This document shows, one piece after another, positions 30,196-39,622 of a stretch of 64,000 nucleotides of DNA. Below the pieces are notes generated by a model. The model ran no database searches, was not told where the DNA came from, and saw nothing but the letters and a program-made list of their open reading frames with translations. Source of the DNA: a virus; IMG/VR virus record IMGVR_UViG_3300033978_000477, positions 1 through 64,000 of that record. The stretch is one strand, 5' to 3'. The stretch's first letter is position 1; every line of letters starts with the position of its first letter. The translations under genes and the position numbers were made by a program.

Positions 30196-32058
30196 ATGTT
30201 CCTTACCCTCCTTGGCGGCGCGGCCTACCCGCTTACACTCGCCTGGACGGGTTTTTGGAGAGCCAACTACACCGGCAGTCCCTGGACCGGACTGCCGTCC
30301 GCTGGCGCATCGGGTGGTCGGCTGCTCTCGGAGGGAACCAACCCGGCGACGGTGGGCGTCGTCCCGCAGAATGGGTATGACCCTGCAAGCTTCGACGGCA
30401 CCAATGACATCCTCGCGACCGGCGTTGACTTCACGTCCGGTGAGTACCTTGAGGACTTCGTATCCGGCATCACGTCCCCCTGGACGGTGCATGTCGTTGT
30501 GCGTTGCAACTCACTCGTTGCGACAGGTGCATGGTACCTGGACCCGGGCATCGTCAGCCACTCAGGCTCCAGCGTCATCGGCATTACTGCGTCTGCTGAT
30601 GGTGTGCAGGCGCACATCTACACCAGCGGCGGCGCGGTAACCACCGGCCTCATCCCAATCACGACGTCGGACTACCACGTCGTTCAGGCGCGGTGGGACG
30701 GGACGGACCTTTCGCTCCGAGTTGACGGTGGCACATGGGACACCGTTGCCGCCGCGGACATGTTCTATGCGTCCGATCGCGCACTGCAACTTGGGTGTAA
30801 CTACGACAGGACCGCGTTCCTTGACGCAGACTTTCTAGAGTTCGGAATTGCGTCGTCTGCGTTCTCGAACACGGAACTCGACGATCTCTACGACTATGCC
30901 GTAGCCGAGTATGCGCTTGGTGGCGTCAGTGCCATCTCTGGAACCGCGAGCCTCACACTCGCCACCGGCACATCGGTCCTCACTGGCACCGGCGCCCTGG
31001 TCGGCAGCGGGACCGCGACCCTTGCCACTGGTACGAGCACCCTAACCGGTGTTGGTGGCCTTGTTGGCTATGCGCCCATCGTCCTCGCGACGGGCACGTC
31101 GACTCTCCGTGGCACTGGGGCACTGGTCGGCTCCGCAAGCGCCACGCTTGCCACCGGCACCTCTACCCTGACGGGCAGCGGGGCGCTGACTGGTTCAGCC
31201 TCCGTAACGCTCGCCACCGGCACCTCCGCACTCACCGGGGTTGCGGCTTGCGTCGGCTCTGCCTCGCTCGCGCTCACCACCGGGACCAGTACCCTTCTGG
31301 GCACTGGCGCCATGGTGGGGTCTGCCCCGCTCTCGCTGACGACGACGGGCGACCTGACCGATGCGTCGTCCGGCTTCTCGTACATCAGCGGGTCGGCAAC
31401 CATCACCCTGTCGGCAAGCGCAACGCTTGCTGCCCAGGGCGCTCTGGTTGGCTCCGCAAGCCTCGCGCTTGCCACCGGGACGAGCACCCTAAGGGGAACG
31501 GCAAACGCCCAGGGAAGCGCGACAGCGAGCCTTGCCGCGTCTGCTACGGCCACCGGGACAGGGGCGCTATCTGGGACTGCCCCCGTCGTCCTGACGTGCT
31601 CCGCGACACCGCGAGGCACGGGCGCACTGGTTGGGTCAAGCTCCCTGGCTGTAGCGGCAACCGCTACGGGTCGGATGCTTGCGGCCATCGCCGGCTCGGT
31701 GTCATTCAGCCTTGGCGCCAACGGCACCATCGTCGCCACCGGAGGCCTGCAAGGCCTTGCCCTGGTTGCGCTGTCGACGTCCGGGACTCTGACCGGGGTT
31801 GCGTCTGCGGCAGGCACCGGAACGCTGACGCTTGGGGCCAGCGCATTGCTTGGCGCAACCGTCACCGCAAGTGGCAGCGCTGCACTGGCACTGTCACTCA
31901 CCGGAACGCTTGGTGTCGTCACTGAGGACGTTATCCCAGGCGGGCCATACACCACGCGACTCGCCGGCAACTTCATCGGCGTGACTCGTCCGGTGTCGGA
32001 CGAGAGGGCATCGACCCGAATCGTCGCATCACAAGTCGCAAGGACGAGGCGCCCATGA
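30196..32058 (+). CDS. LamG-like domain plus long ~21-aa repeat fibre/adhesin
   Basis: FDGTNDIL...HVVQARWDG..LRVDG; tandem GTGALVGSASxTLATGTSTL units. Confidence 0.65.
   Translation: MFLTLLGGAAYPLTLAWTGFWRANYTGSPWTGLPSAGASGGRLLSEGTNPATVGVVPQNGYDPASFDGTNDILATGVDFTSGEYLEDFVSGITSPWTVHVVVRCNSLVATGAWYLDPGIVSHSGSSVIGITASADGVQAHIYTSGGAVTTGLIPITTSDYHVVQARWDGTDLSLRVDGGTWDTVAAADMFYASDRALQLGCNYDRTAFLDADFLEFGIASSAFSNTELDDLYDYAVAEYALGGVSAISGTASLTLATGTSVLTGTGALVGSGTATLATGTSTLTGVGGLVGYAPIVLATGTSTLRGTGALVGSASATLATGTSTLTGSGALTGSASVTLATGTSALTGVAACVGSASLALTTGTSTLLGTGAMVGSAPLSLTTTGDLTDASSGFSYISGSATITLSASATLAAQGALVGSASLALATGTSTLRGTANAQGSATASLAASATATGTGALSGTAPVVLTCSATPRGTGALVGSSSLAVAATATGRMLAAIAGSVSFSLGANGTIVATGGLQGLALVALSTSGTLTGVASAAGTGTLTLGASALLGATVTASGSAALALSLTGTLGVVTEDVIPGGPYTTRLAGNFIGVTRPVSDERASTRIVASQVARTRRP
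30930..31915 (+). repeat. Degenerate ~60-63-nt coding tandem repeat
   Basis: Recurring (ct)cgccaccggcac..c units encoding LATGTS. Confidence 0.7.
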
Positions 32059-32378
32059 GCCGATTCGACATCAAGCGCAATGACAGGTTGCCGGCCATCT
32101 CGGTCTTTCTGGAGGCCGGCAACGCTGCCATCGATCTCACCTCTTGCACCGTCCGGTTCCTCATGACCAGCGAGGCGACTGGGGTACTGAAGGTGGATGG
32201 CGCAGCGACCGTGCTGAGCGCCTCGACTGGCAAGGTCTCCTACGAATGGGGCGCGACGGACACTGACACCTCGGGAGTCTACCGCGCGGAATGGGAGGTC
32301 ACGTTCCCAGGTGGCAAGACACGCACTGTCCCATCGAAGGGCTACGACACCGTCGAAGTCCACGATGACTTGGATTGA
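32055..32378 (+). CDS. BppU N-terminal-like Ig-fold structural protein
   Basis: F.IKRND.LP.I...IDLT..TV.F.M...GKV.Y.W...DTDT.G.Y.AEWEVTF...T.PS.GY. Confidence 0.7.
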   Translation: MSRFDIKRNDRLPAISVFLEAGNAAIDLTSCTVRFLMTSEATGVLKVDGAATVLSASTGKVSYEWGATDTDTSGVYRAEWEVTFPGGKTRTVPSKGYDTVEVHDDLD

Positions 32379-32383
32379 CACCG

Positions 32384-32680
32384 ATGGCTGACGAAGACGG
32401 GAAGGCTCGCCGCCTATCGTTCCGCAACCGGCGCATCAACCCGAGCGTAGGCGCCGAGTCACCAGATGTTCCGGCCGTTCTTGAGCCGGGCACACTCGCC
32501 GCGTTTATCCGCCCGCTTCGGTGGGTTCAGATCTACGCACTCGACGATTGGTGCACGAAGGTTTGGTGGCGAGAGGCCATCGTCGATGCGGACATCCGAG
32601 GTCTTCTCCAGTGGAACCGTGAAGCGATGACGTGGGGTCTGACCGATGCGGGTCGCAAGGCCATTCGTGACGTGAACTGA
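32384..32680 (+). CDS. Hypothetical protein (wHTH-like C-terminus)
   Basis: Fills the gap before the endolysin; GLTDAGRKA. Confidence 0.45.
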   Translation: MADEDGKARRLSFRNRRINPSVGAESPDVPAVLEPGTLAAFIRPLRWVQIYALDDWCTKVWWREAIVDADIRGLLQWNREAMTWGLTDAGRKAIRDVN

Positions 32681-32692
32681 AGGAGCGGGTCA

Positions 32693-33718
32693 ATGCGCGC
32701 AGTGGTACGAGCAACGTTCCCTGGTTGGTCGGCGGAGTTGGAAGGTGCGGTTCCGTACTTCTACCTCGACATCATCGGCAAGGTGACGATTGCCATCGGC
32801 AACCTCGTAGACCCTGTCGAGTTGGCGCTTGATCTCCCGCTCATCAACAAGCACACCGGCAAGCTCGCATCGCGTTCGGAGATCCGCGCCGAGTGGCAGT
32901 TGGTCAAGAGCCACCCAAAGCTCGCGCAGTGGGGGCATAGGCCAGCGGCAGACATCACCAATCTTCGCCTTCCCGATGATGGGGTGGTTGAGTTCCTCCA
33001 GCGGATCGCATCGCGCTTCTGGGGCGAGCTTCGGGGGCGCTTCCCGCACATCGACGATTGGAGCGCAGACGCCCAACTGGCGACACTGAGCATGGCATGG
33101 GCTTGCGGGACGGGATTCAACTTCCCCGTCCTCGTCCGGATGCTCAACAAGCCAGACTTCTCCGCGGCCTCGTACAACTGCCACATCAACACGGATGGCG
33201 CAGACCGAAGGCCCGGCACCTCCGACGACAACCATGGCGTTGTCCCGAGGAACCACCGGAACAAGATCCTCTACCGCAACGCCGCCGTTGTCGCGAAACT
33301 CGACCTCGACCCGGAGCGGCTCTACTACCCCGAAATACTCTGGCCGGACCTCTCGCCATTCGTCATCTACGCCACGGAAGCGGAGTCGCTACGCGCCGCA
33401 CGGGCCGAGATGAAGGCAGAGCACTTCCGGGCAGCGCAAGCGCGTCTGAAGGCCGCTGGGTTCGACCCTGGCCCCATCGATGGCGTCTTTGGGAAACGCT
33501 CGCAAGCCGCACTCAGTGCTGCCGGCGGGGACAACATCGACACCTGGGCCGCGCTCTGGCAGACGACCCGAGGGCCTGAATACGAAGGGTCCGACGTACC
33601 CATCACCATCGAACTCGATGGCCCGCTTGGTACGAGCAAGGGCATCGTCGACTGGACGCTTGATGCGCGACGAAGAGAGCAATCGGGCAACGACGACCCG
33701 CCACCGGAGGCTGCATGA
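32693..33718 (+). CDS. Endolysin: lysozyme-like domain plus peptidoglycan-binding domain
   Basis: LEGAVPYFYLDIIGKVTIAIGNL (E-x8-D-x5-T); AQARLKAAGFDPGPIDGVFG...AL. Confidence 0.85.
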   Translation: MRAVVRATFPGWSAELEGAVPYFYLDIIGKVTIAIGNLVDPVELALDLPLINKHTGKLASRSEIRAEWQLVKSHPKLAQWGHRPAADITNLRLPDDGVVEFLQRIASRFWGELRGRFPHIDDWSADAQLATLSMAWACGTGFNFPVLVRMLNKPDFSAASYNCHINTDGADRRPGTSDDNHGVVPRNHRNKILYRNAAVVAKLDLDPERLYYPEILWPDLSPFVIYATEAESLRAARAEMKAEHFRAAQARLKAAGFDPGPIDGVFGKRSQAALSAAGGDNIDTWAALWQTTRGPEYEGSDVPITIELDGPLGTSKGIVDWTLDARRREQSGNDDPPPEAA

Positions 33719-34059
33719 TTCGGGAAACCATCGCGGTGCTCGGTGTTGTCTACAACATCATCAAGGCTGACCTCGCATCCAACGATGAAGGCGAGATGGA
33801 TGCCGACTCTTGCGAGATCCGCGTAGCCAGCAGCGCAACGCCGCCGCGCTACTGGTCCATCGTCAGGCACGAGATCGGTCATGCCGCTTGGCACGAGTCG
33901 GGCGCCGGTCTCGTGATGCGCCAAGACTTCGGCATGTCGGACGAGACCGCCCGCAAGGCGGAAGAGATCGTGATGTCTGTCTTTCTCCCAACCTTCTGCG
34001 ATGCACTTGAGCGGAAGGGACTCCTGTCTCCCATGGTGCTTCAGGAGTACGAGCAATGA
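33715..34059 (+). CDS. HExxH metallopeptidase-like protein
   Basis: HEIGHA motif; common phage gene beside metallophosphoesterases. Confidence 0.6.
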   Translation: MIRETIAVLGVVYNIIKADLASNDEGEMDADSCEIRVASSATPPRYWSIVRHEIGHAAWHESGAGLVMRQDFGMSDETARKAEEIVMSVFLPTFCDALERKGLLSPMVLQEYEQ

Positions 34060-35432
34060 GCGGCGTTGTCAGTCGGTGGACAGAGCAGAACATCGACATC
34101 CTCATCGCATGCGTTCGTGGCGCAAAGACCATGGGCGAGGCGCTCATTCATGCGTCAGCAGCCCTTGGCTTTGAGGTGACGTTCCCCGGTGCGGCCGGTG
34201 CGCTTCGCAGGTCTCGCAAGCTTCGCATTGGATCGCTGCTCGGAAAACTGCCGACGCAGACCGATGAAGACGGCCCGCCTACGCTGCCGTCCGTCCGAGC
34301 CCCTGAGCAACTGGACCCGGAGTCCACGGTTGAGCTTGCAGCCTTCCGAGCCAGGCAAGCGGCGCGGCAGAGCGTTGCGCCGATGGCTTTCGTCCCGACG
34401 CCTCCGCCGAAGGAAGAGAAGCCCAAGCGAGAGCCCACCGTCGAAGACGACTTGGCGCTTCATCGGGCCAAGATTCGCATCTCGGATCTTGAGGATGCCA
34501 AGAAGCGTCTGCTGAAGGAACTCGACGACCACAAGGACCAGATCGCGGTGATGCGCGACCTGCGCAGCGCTCGCCCGATGGGGCCGGTGACGGCAGCCAA
34601 GAAGGTGGGCGGCAAACAGCGAACCGGAACCCCGGTGATGCTCTGCTCCGACTGGCACATCGAGGAGCCCGTCGACCCGGCCAAGGTCAACGGCATCAAC
34701 GAGTACAACCTCGACATCGCCGCGCGCTGCATCAACGACCTCGCGGACGGCTTCGAGTGGATGATGCGCGACACCCGCTACGACTGCCGATCTGCGGTAG
34801 TGTGGCTCGGGGGTGACCTCTTCAGTGGATACATTCACGAAGAACTGACCGAGGGTAACTTCCTCTCACCGACGCAAGCGGTGCTCTGGCTGCAAGACCG
34901 CATCGAGGCGATGCTGAGGAAGATCGCGGCGACCTGCCCGAACCTCGAACGCATCATCGTTCCTTGCAACGATGGCAACCATGGGCGGATGACGCACAAG
35001 ATCCGAGTCAGCACTCGGACAGCGAACAGCCTCGAATGGTTGATGTACCAGAACCTCGCGGTTCGGATGCGAGACGATCCTCGCTTCGAGTTCCAGATTG
35101 CCGAAGGGGAGTGGACGTTCCTCGACCTGTACGGCGACAAGCTCGCCTTCACCCATGGCGACTCGTTCAGCTACGGCGGCGGCGTCGGAGGCATCTCTAT
35201 CCCCATCCGCCGCGGCGTTGCTCGGCAGTTCGCTGGGCAGAAGATCGCCAAGGTTTGCATGGGGCACTTCCACCAGCGCCAAGACTTCGGCGACATCGCG
35301 GTGAATGGCAGCTTGATAGGCCCAGGGCCCTACTCGATGCGCATCCACGCAGCTCCAGAGCCGCGACAGCAACACTGGTTCCTCTGGGACAGTGAACGCG
35401 GGCAGGCATTGAGCGCTCCCATGTGGCTTTGA
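34056..35432 (+). CDS. Calcineurin-like metallophosphoesterase/nuclease with N-terminal HTH and coiled coil
   Basis: SDWH, GGD, GNHG, HGD, GHFH motifs. Confidence 0.85.
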   Translation: MSGVVSRWTEQNIDILIACVRGAKTMGEALIHASAALGFEVTFPGAAGALRRSRKLRIGSLLGKLPTQTDEDGPPTLPSVRAPEQLDPESTVELAAFRARQAARQSVAPMAFVPTPPPKEEKPKREPTVEDDLALHRAKIRISDLEDAKKRLLKELDDHKDQIAVMRDLRSARPMGPVTAAKKVGGKQRTGTPVMLCSDWHIEEPVDPAKVNGINEYNLDIAARCINDLADGFEWMMRDTRYDCRSAVVWLGGDLFSGYIHEELTEGNFLSPTQAVLWLQDRIEAMLRKIAATCPNLERIIVPCNDGNHGRMTHKIRVSTRTANSLEWLMYQNLAVRMRDDPRFEFQIAEGEWTFLDLYGDKLAFTHGDSFSYGGGVGGISIPIRRGVARQFAGQKIAKVCMGHFHQRQDFGDIAVNGSLIGPGPYSMRIHAAPEPRQQHWFLWDSERGQALSAPMWL

Positions 35433-35448
35433 TTCTCACGAGACAAGA

Positions 35449-35751
35449 ATGACCCTCACCACCCTCCGCCCCGCATTCCTTCGCACCTCCCCAGATGGAT
35501 CTTGGGGCATCATCGACTCCTTCACCGACGCCCAAGGCATATCGTTCGACTGTCCCTGCTGCGGCAAGAAGCATCGAATCGTCTGCTGGTTTGACGACCG
35601 AGGAACCCCGAGCGCAATCGCGGCAGACCGTGGGAGGTGGGTTGCGTCCGGTAGCGGACTCGCAGACCTGACGTTGTCCCCATCGATCCACTTGCTCGGC
35701 GGTTGCGCTTGGCAGGGGAGTGTTACCAACGGCGAGGTCACTTCCGCGTAA
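35449..35751 (+). CDS. DUF6527-like Zn-binding protein
   Basis: F.CPCCG...W.....LTLSPSI....C.W.G.VTNG. Confidence 0.6.
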   Translation: MTLTTLRPAFLRTSPDGSWGIIDSFTDAQGISFDCPCCGKKHRIVCWFDDRGTPSAIAADRGRWVASGSGLADLTLSPSIHLLGGCAWQGSVTNGEVTSA

Positions 35752-35778
35752 GACTTTCAGCGCGCATCGTCCAGCGCA

Positions 35779-35832
35779 CAAAACAAGAAGGCCGCAGGCT
35801 CCGAGAGGGGTCTGCGGCCTTCAGCTATTTTG
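35779..35832. terminator. Bidirectional intrinsic terminator between convergent late and accessory regions
   Basis: GAAGGCCGCAGGCTCC-GAGA-GGGGTCTGCGGCCTTC flanked by A-rich and T-rich tracts. Confidence 0.75.
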
Positions 35833-35873
35833 TCTTTGGCTTGAACTGGCCCGCGGGCCAATCATCGCAATCG

Positions 35874-36455
35874 TCACTCATCGAACCCAGCGACCCCGCG
35901 AGCCCCAAGCCAGCGCTTGGCCTCCTTGGACGGGATGCTGTTGTTCGGCAGTGCTGCGATCTCCCCAGCGCGAATCAACTCCCGGACCCTCTCTGGGTGG
36001 ACGCCCGCTAGGGCAGCAAGCTCTTTCACTCGGACAGCTTGGCCGAGCATCACCGTCTGCCGCGCATTGGCTGCCAGCATGACGACGCCAATCTCGTCCG
36101 TTGCGTCCACCTCGTCAGGCAGGTCGAAGGCGCCACCTCCAAACGTCCCGCGGTCCCCAGCGCAGGAATAGAGCGCGGACATGACTTCGATGAGCGCGTC
36201 TTGGCAGCAGCCGTCATCTGGCCAGTCAGTTGCGGATCGCCCGCGCTGGGCGTAGCCCGTCAGCAGTTGGACAGTGAAGCGAAGCGTTGATGGTGCGGGC
36301 ATGCCATCGCCAGGGCCCTGGCCGTCTCCGATGACGGTCGCCCCGATGTCCATTGCGCGAGTCGCGATGAATTCAAAAACCTTGTCGTGGACCTCCTTTG
36401 CAAGCTTCTTCCCGTCGATGTCCGCGAGCCTTGGTTGCGTGGGCTTGGGTGCCAT
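35874..36455 (-). CDS. Protein with C-terminal excisionase/MerR-like HTH
   Basis: VRVKELAALAGVHPERVRELIRAGEIAA. Confidence 0.65.
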   Translation of the reverse strand: MAPKPTQPRLADIDGKKLAKEVHDKVFEFIATRAMDIGATVIGDGQGPGDGMPAPSTLRFTVQLLTGYAQRGRSATDWPDDGCCQDALIEVMSALYSCAGDRGTFGGGAFDLPDEVDATDEIGVVMLAANARQTVMLGQAVRVKELAALAGVHPERVRELIRAGEIAALPNNSIPSKEAKRWLGARGVAGFDE

Positions 36456-36575
36456 GTCTCTCGTCTCCGTGTATGGTTGTGATGCCCAACGCGCGCAGCG
36501 TGCATCTGCTCCGCTTCGCGCATTGAGCCATGGCCCCGGGGAAGTAGTGCTCCCGCGGGGCCGCTTTTGTTCTGA

Positions 36576-36851
36576 CTACGCCGCCGCAGTCGACTCGATG
36601 GTCTGTCGGAGGGTAGCGCTGTAGCCGTCGAACAGAACGTCTCCGCTCGCGACCATGGTAGCCAAGTAGTCCACGCCATCCGCGACACTGTCGGCGCGGT
36701 ATGCATCGACAATGCGGGCTGCAATCAGCCGCGCGTCACCCGTCGCAACGAGCACGTCGTCGTGGTTGACGTGACACGAAACGGCATCGGGGTGTTCTGC
36801 GCGGAGAGCTTCGGCAGCGGTGCCGTAGGCCAGTTCTGTTTTGCGGCTCAT
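36576..36851 (-). CDS. Hypothetical protein
   Basis: GAGGTG RBS, ATGA coupling. Confidence 0.6.
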   Translation of the reverse strand: MSRKTELAYGTAAEALRAEHPDAVSCHVNHDDVLVATGDARLIAARIVDAYRADSVADGVDYLATMVASGDVLFDGYSATLRQTIESTAAA

Positions 36852-37075
36852 TGGGACACCTCGGTGAGCAGGCCGACAATCTTCCCGGCTTGGATCTCCA
36901 CCGCGACAACGGTGCCGTCGATTGCGTCCAGCGAATCACGCACAAGCTCCGCGAGGTCTGCCTCCTGATCGCGTCGAGTGGCCGCGTCCACGGTGCCAGC
37001 CCAGGCCACTGGCCGGGAGAGGGTTCGGATCGTGTCGAGGGTGTACGTGCCCGTAACGCTGGTTCGGAGGCTCAT
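36848..37075 (-). CDS. Hypothetical protein
   Basis: GAGGTG RBS, ATGA coupling. Confidence 0.6.
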   Translation of the reverse strand: MSLRTSVTGTYTLDTIRTLSRPVAWAGTVDAATRRDQEADLAELVRDSLDAIDGTVVAVEIQAGKIVGLLTEVSQ

Positions 37076-37263
37076 TGGGACACCTCGCTGATCACCACAA
37101 CGCCGGGGAACTTGGCGGCTAGGCTATCCAGTTCCTTCGACCATCCGCCGCGCGCCTCAAGCTCCCTCACCCAGACGTCAATATCTGCCTGTTGAACGCC
37201 GCTCGTGTCTGATGCGAGCTGTTCGATTTTGGCGAGAATGTCCACGCTATTCAGGCGGCTCAT
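37072..37263 (-). CDS. Hypothetical protein
   Basis: GAGGTG RBS, ATGA coupling. Confidence 0.6.
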   Translation of the reverse strand: MSRLNSVDILAKIEQLASDTSGVQQADIDVWVRELEARGGWSKELDSLAAKFPGVVVISEVSQ

Positions 37264-37532
37264 CGGGACACCTCATTCGAGATAGTGACAGCCCAGGCTC
37301 CCTTGCCCATGGCGTCGCCACCGACCGCGATCACCTCGTCGCCGTTGCGCAACACCGTCACCTCGTCCGTGTTGCGACGAGCAAACACCAGGCCGTACCC
37401 GTCAGCACGGAGCGAGGCTACCGCCTCGTCCACGTCCTCTTCGGTCGGGTCCCATCCGCGGCCGGCGTTGTTGCCCTGATCGTACAGGCGGGAGGCTTCA
37501 GTCATCGTGAGGTTCTTGATGTCGATAGTCAT
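37260..37532 (-). CDS. Hypothetical protein (MTIDIKNL...)
   Basis: AAGGAG RBS upstream of ATG at 37532. Confidence 0.6.
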   Translation of the reverse strand: MTIDIKNLTMTEASRLYDQGNNAGRGWDPTEEDVDEAVASLRADGYGLVFARRNTDEVTVLRNGDEVIAVGGDAMGKGAWAVTISNEVSR

Positions 37533-37585
37533 CGTTCTGCTCCTTGTTTTTGCCGCGCCGGGTAGTGCACCGTCGCGACACCTGG

Positions 37586-37614
37586 AATGTGCACTGGGAT
37601 ACGGCATTGGTCAA
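37586..37614 (-). promoter_or_regulatory. Putative sigma70 promoter
   Basis: TTGACC-17 nt-CACATT in an AT-richer divergent intergenic region. Confidence 0.45.
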
Positions 37615-37705
37615 TACAGTATCATGTCGATAGTTTGTAAGTCCGCGTATCGACAAGGGAACTATTTTCACTTGGGCCCGGCGGAAGGGCTGGTATCTCT
37701 CGGGG

Positions 37706-38107
37706 ATGCGCACTTCTCCCTTCGAATCTGCCGTCCAGTCCCTCGCTGCCGAGTTCGCCCGCGCCGTTGTCCGCGCCCTTGGGTCTATGACCCTGGACGA
37801 GATTGCCGCCGTCAGGGCGAGCGCTGGCGGGTCTCCCGTCGCGCTTGCTGCGCCCGCTGCCAAGGCGCCCAGCAAGCCCGCCAAACGCGCGCCAGGGCGT
37901 CGCAGCGCTGAGGACCTGGACGCTGCGGTCAAGGCGATTGTGGGGGCGCTACGGGGCGCCAAGGGCGGGCTCAGCAGTGAGCAGATTCAGAAGGCGCTTG
38001 GGATGACGGCGAAAGAGACGCCGCGGCCCATCGCCAAGGCCCTCGCGGCCAAGGCGATCCGCAAGCGCGGGAGCAAACGGGCTACTCGGTACTACGCTGT
38101 CGGGTGA
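37706..38107 (+). CDS. Basic nucleoid-type wHTH DNA-binding protein
   Basis: Ala/Lys/Pro linker then GLSSEQIQKALG...PRPI..ALAAKAIRKRGSKRATRY. Confidence 0.7.
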   Translation: MRTSPFESAVQSLAAEFARAVVRALGSMTLDEIAAVRASAGGSPVALAAPAAKAPSKPAKRAPGRRSAEDLDAAVKAIVGALRGAKGGLSSEQIQKALGMTAKETPRPIAKALAAKAIRKRGSKRATRYYAVG

Positions 38108-38446
38108 CTATCTTGCCCGCCGCACCCACTGGGAGATCAGTTGCCCCACGCCGATGCCCATGTTCGCCGCAATGGCCTTGAGGCTCTCCGCGTCTTCGGG
38201 TGGCAGTCGAACATAGACAGCGACCGTCGTCCGGTTTGCGTCAGCGCCAGATGGGCCGCTAGGTGAGGGCCGCTTGATGCCGTTTGCCTTGAGCCATTCC
38301 CAGAGAGAACTCGACGCCGGTGCTGTCGCGCGGAGCTGTTGCAAGCTGCACGTTGCCCATGCGTCGTCTGAGCCTTTGCGTCTGCGAGAAACGCCGACCG
38401 CGTCCACCTGGTACTCGTACACGCCGAACTCGAAACGCTCACCCAT
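38108..38446 (-). CDS. Protein with C-terminal ribbon-helix-helix domain
   Basis: VAVYVRLPPEDAESLKAIAANMGIGVGQLI. Confidence 0.55.
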   Translation of the reverse strand: MGERFEFGVYEYQVDAVGVSRRRKGSDDAWATCSLQQLRATAPASSSLWEWLKANGIKRPSPSGPSGADANRTTVAVYVRLPPEDAESLKAIAANMGIGVGQLISQWVRRAR

Positions 38447-38500
38447 GATTGACCTCTCGGTTGTAAGTCGGCAGCATAGCCGATGGTGGGTCCTATCCAC

Positions 38501-38896
38501 TCACCCACGGGCTCGGCCATTGCAGTGGCGCGAGCCCACTACTACCTGCGCGTCGATGTCCCAGAGACCAAGCCTGCCGAGTACCGGCACCTCGGCCACG
38601 CGCTTCACCAACTTGACGTGCCACGCGTAGAGTCCAGGAGACCAGACAATGCCAGCGGCTTGCGCGTGCGACGGCAGGAACTCCGTGCAGTCGGTCACAT
38701 CGACGATGCACATAGTCACACCGTCACTGCGCAAGCCCACAACGTCGATGGTCGGGACGTTGCGAGTGTCGGGCCTTGCCGATGAGCAGATCATCAACGG
38801 CCCGCGGTAGTGGATGCGGCGACTACGAACCTCGATGGTCTTCTTGCCGTCTCGGATGAGCGATGCCCACGGGTTCTTGACGGAGAGCGCCTTCAT
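38501..38896 (-). CDS. ASCH domain protein
   Basis: MKALSVKNPWASLI.DGKKTIEVRS...YRGPL.I; G.LGLW. Confidence 0.9.
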   Translation of the reverse strand: MKALSVKNPWASLIRDGKKTIEVRSRRIHYRGPLMICSSARPDTRNVPTIDVVGLRSDGVTMCIVDVTDCTEFLPSHAQAAGIVWSPGLYAWHVKLVKRVAEVPVLGRLGLWDIDAQVVVGSRHCNGRARG

Positions 38897-39222
38897 CGCA
38901 GCACCAGCTCTGCCCAGTTGTAGGTGCGCCCGGTGGCGAAGCGGTCGTAGCCACCGCAAGGTCCGCCGATGATGCCAGTGTACCGATGCATCTCCTGAGT
39001 ACGGCGAACCGGAGTCATGCGAGCAATCCAGGACCAACGCTCGACGACGTTGCCGGGCTCGCGATGCGCCACGAAGTCGGTGCCGCGCCACACCTCGCTC
39101 GCGACCTTGGCGCCATCATGAAGTCGAAGCGCTCCGCGACTGCGACGCACCCAGCGATGAGCGACCAGTACGTCCCTTGCGCCGGTGCGCGCGAGTTCGT
39201 AGCGCCTGTAGTTGCCGGTCAT
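38893..39222 (-). CDS. Hypothetical protein
   Basis: ATGA coupled on both sides. Confidence 0.5.
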   Translation of the reverse strand: MTGNYRRYELARTGARDVLVAHRWVRRSRGALRLHDGAKVASEVWRGTDFVAHREPGNVVERWSWIARMTPVRRTQEMHRYTGIIGGPCGGYDRFATGRTYNWAELVLR

Positions 39223-39542
39223 GACGCCACCGCCTTCATGCGCTTGCGGTCGCCGGACTTGCGGGACGCTTCCGACAGCGCAGCCGCCATCCGCGAGGCG
39301 ATGAGCCAGGCCCCGTCCCATGAGTCGAACAACTTCACCCGCACGATGTGGGTCCCGTGGCAGAACAGTTCGATGATGCGTCCCTCGTTGTTGCCGTTCT
39401 TGACGCGGACGTCGATGACGCCGTCAGCGAAGCCGGACTTGCGGATGGCCGTCACGATGTCGGGACGTTGGACGCTGACCCACTCGACGCTCAGGTTGTT
39501 GATTTGCGCCCAGCGTTCGAGGATGCGGTTGTTGATGCACAT
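39219..39542 (-). CDS. Hypothetical protein
   Basis: AGGAG RBS; coupled to downstream gene. Confidence 0.55.
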   Translation of the reverse strand: MCINNRILERWAQINNLSVEWVSVQRPDIVTAIRKSGFADGVIDVRVKNGNNEGRIIELFCHGTHIVRVKLFDSWDGAWLIASRMAAALSEASRKSGDRKRMKAVAS

Positions 39543-39622
39543 GAGAGACTCCTATCCAGAAAGGTTGAGGGGGAAAGGAAGGGCGCTGCGTTGCAGCGCA
39601 GCGCCCTACCGGGTGACAGAAC

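Larger units (their letters stand above)
36843..37274 (-). repeat. Three ~19-nt direct repeats at gene junctions (GAGGTGTCCC[A/G]ATGAGCC)
   Basis: Copies at about 36845-36863, 37069-37087 and 37257-37274. Confidence 0.8.

Noticed and set aside
30930-31915. Non-coding guide or repeat array
   Set aside because: The repeats are in frame and vary at synonymous positions, so this is a protein repeat
18337-32378. Diversity-generating retroelement or invertible fibre switch
   Set aside because: No reverse transcriptase, TR/VR pair or invertase was found by eye
36843-37274. Junction repeats as a CRISPR array for the type IV module
   Set aside because: Spacing is about 190-225 nt, the intervals are ORFs, and the repeat is RBS plus stop/start
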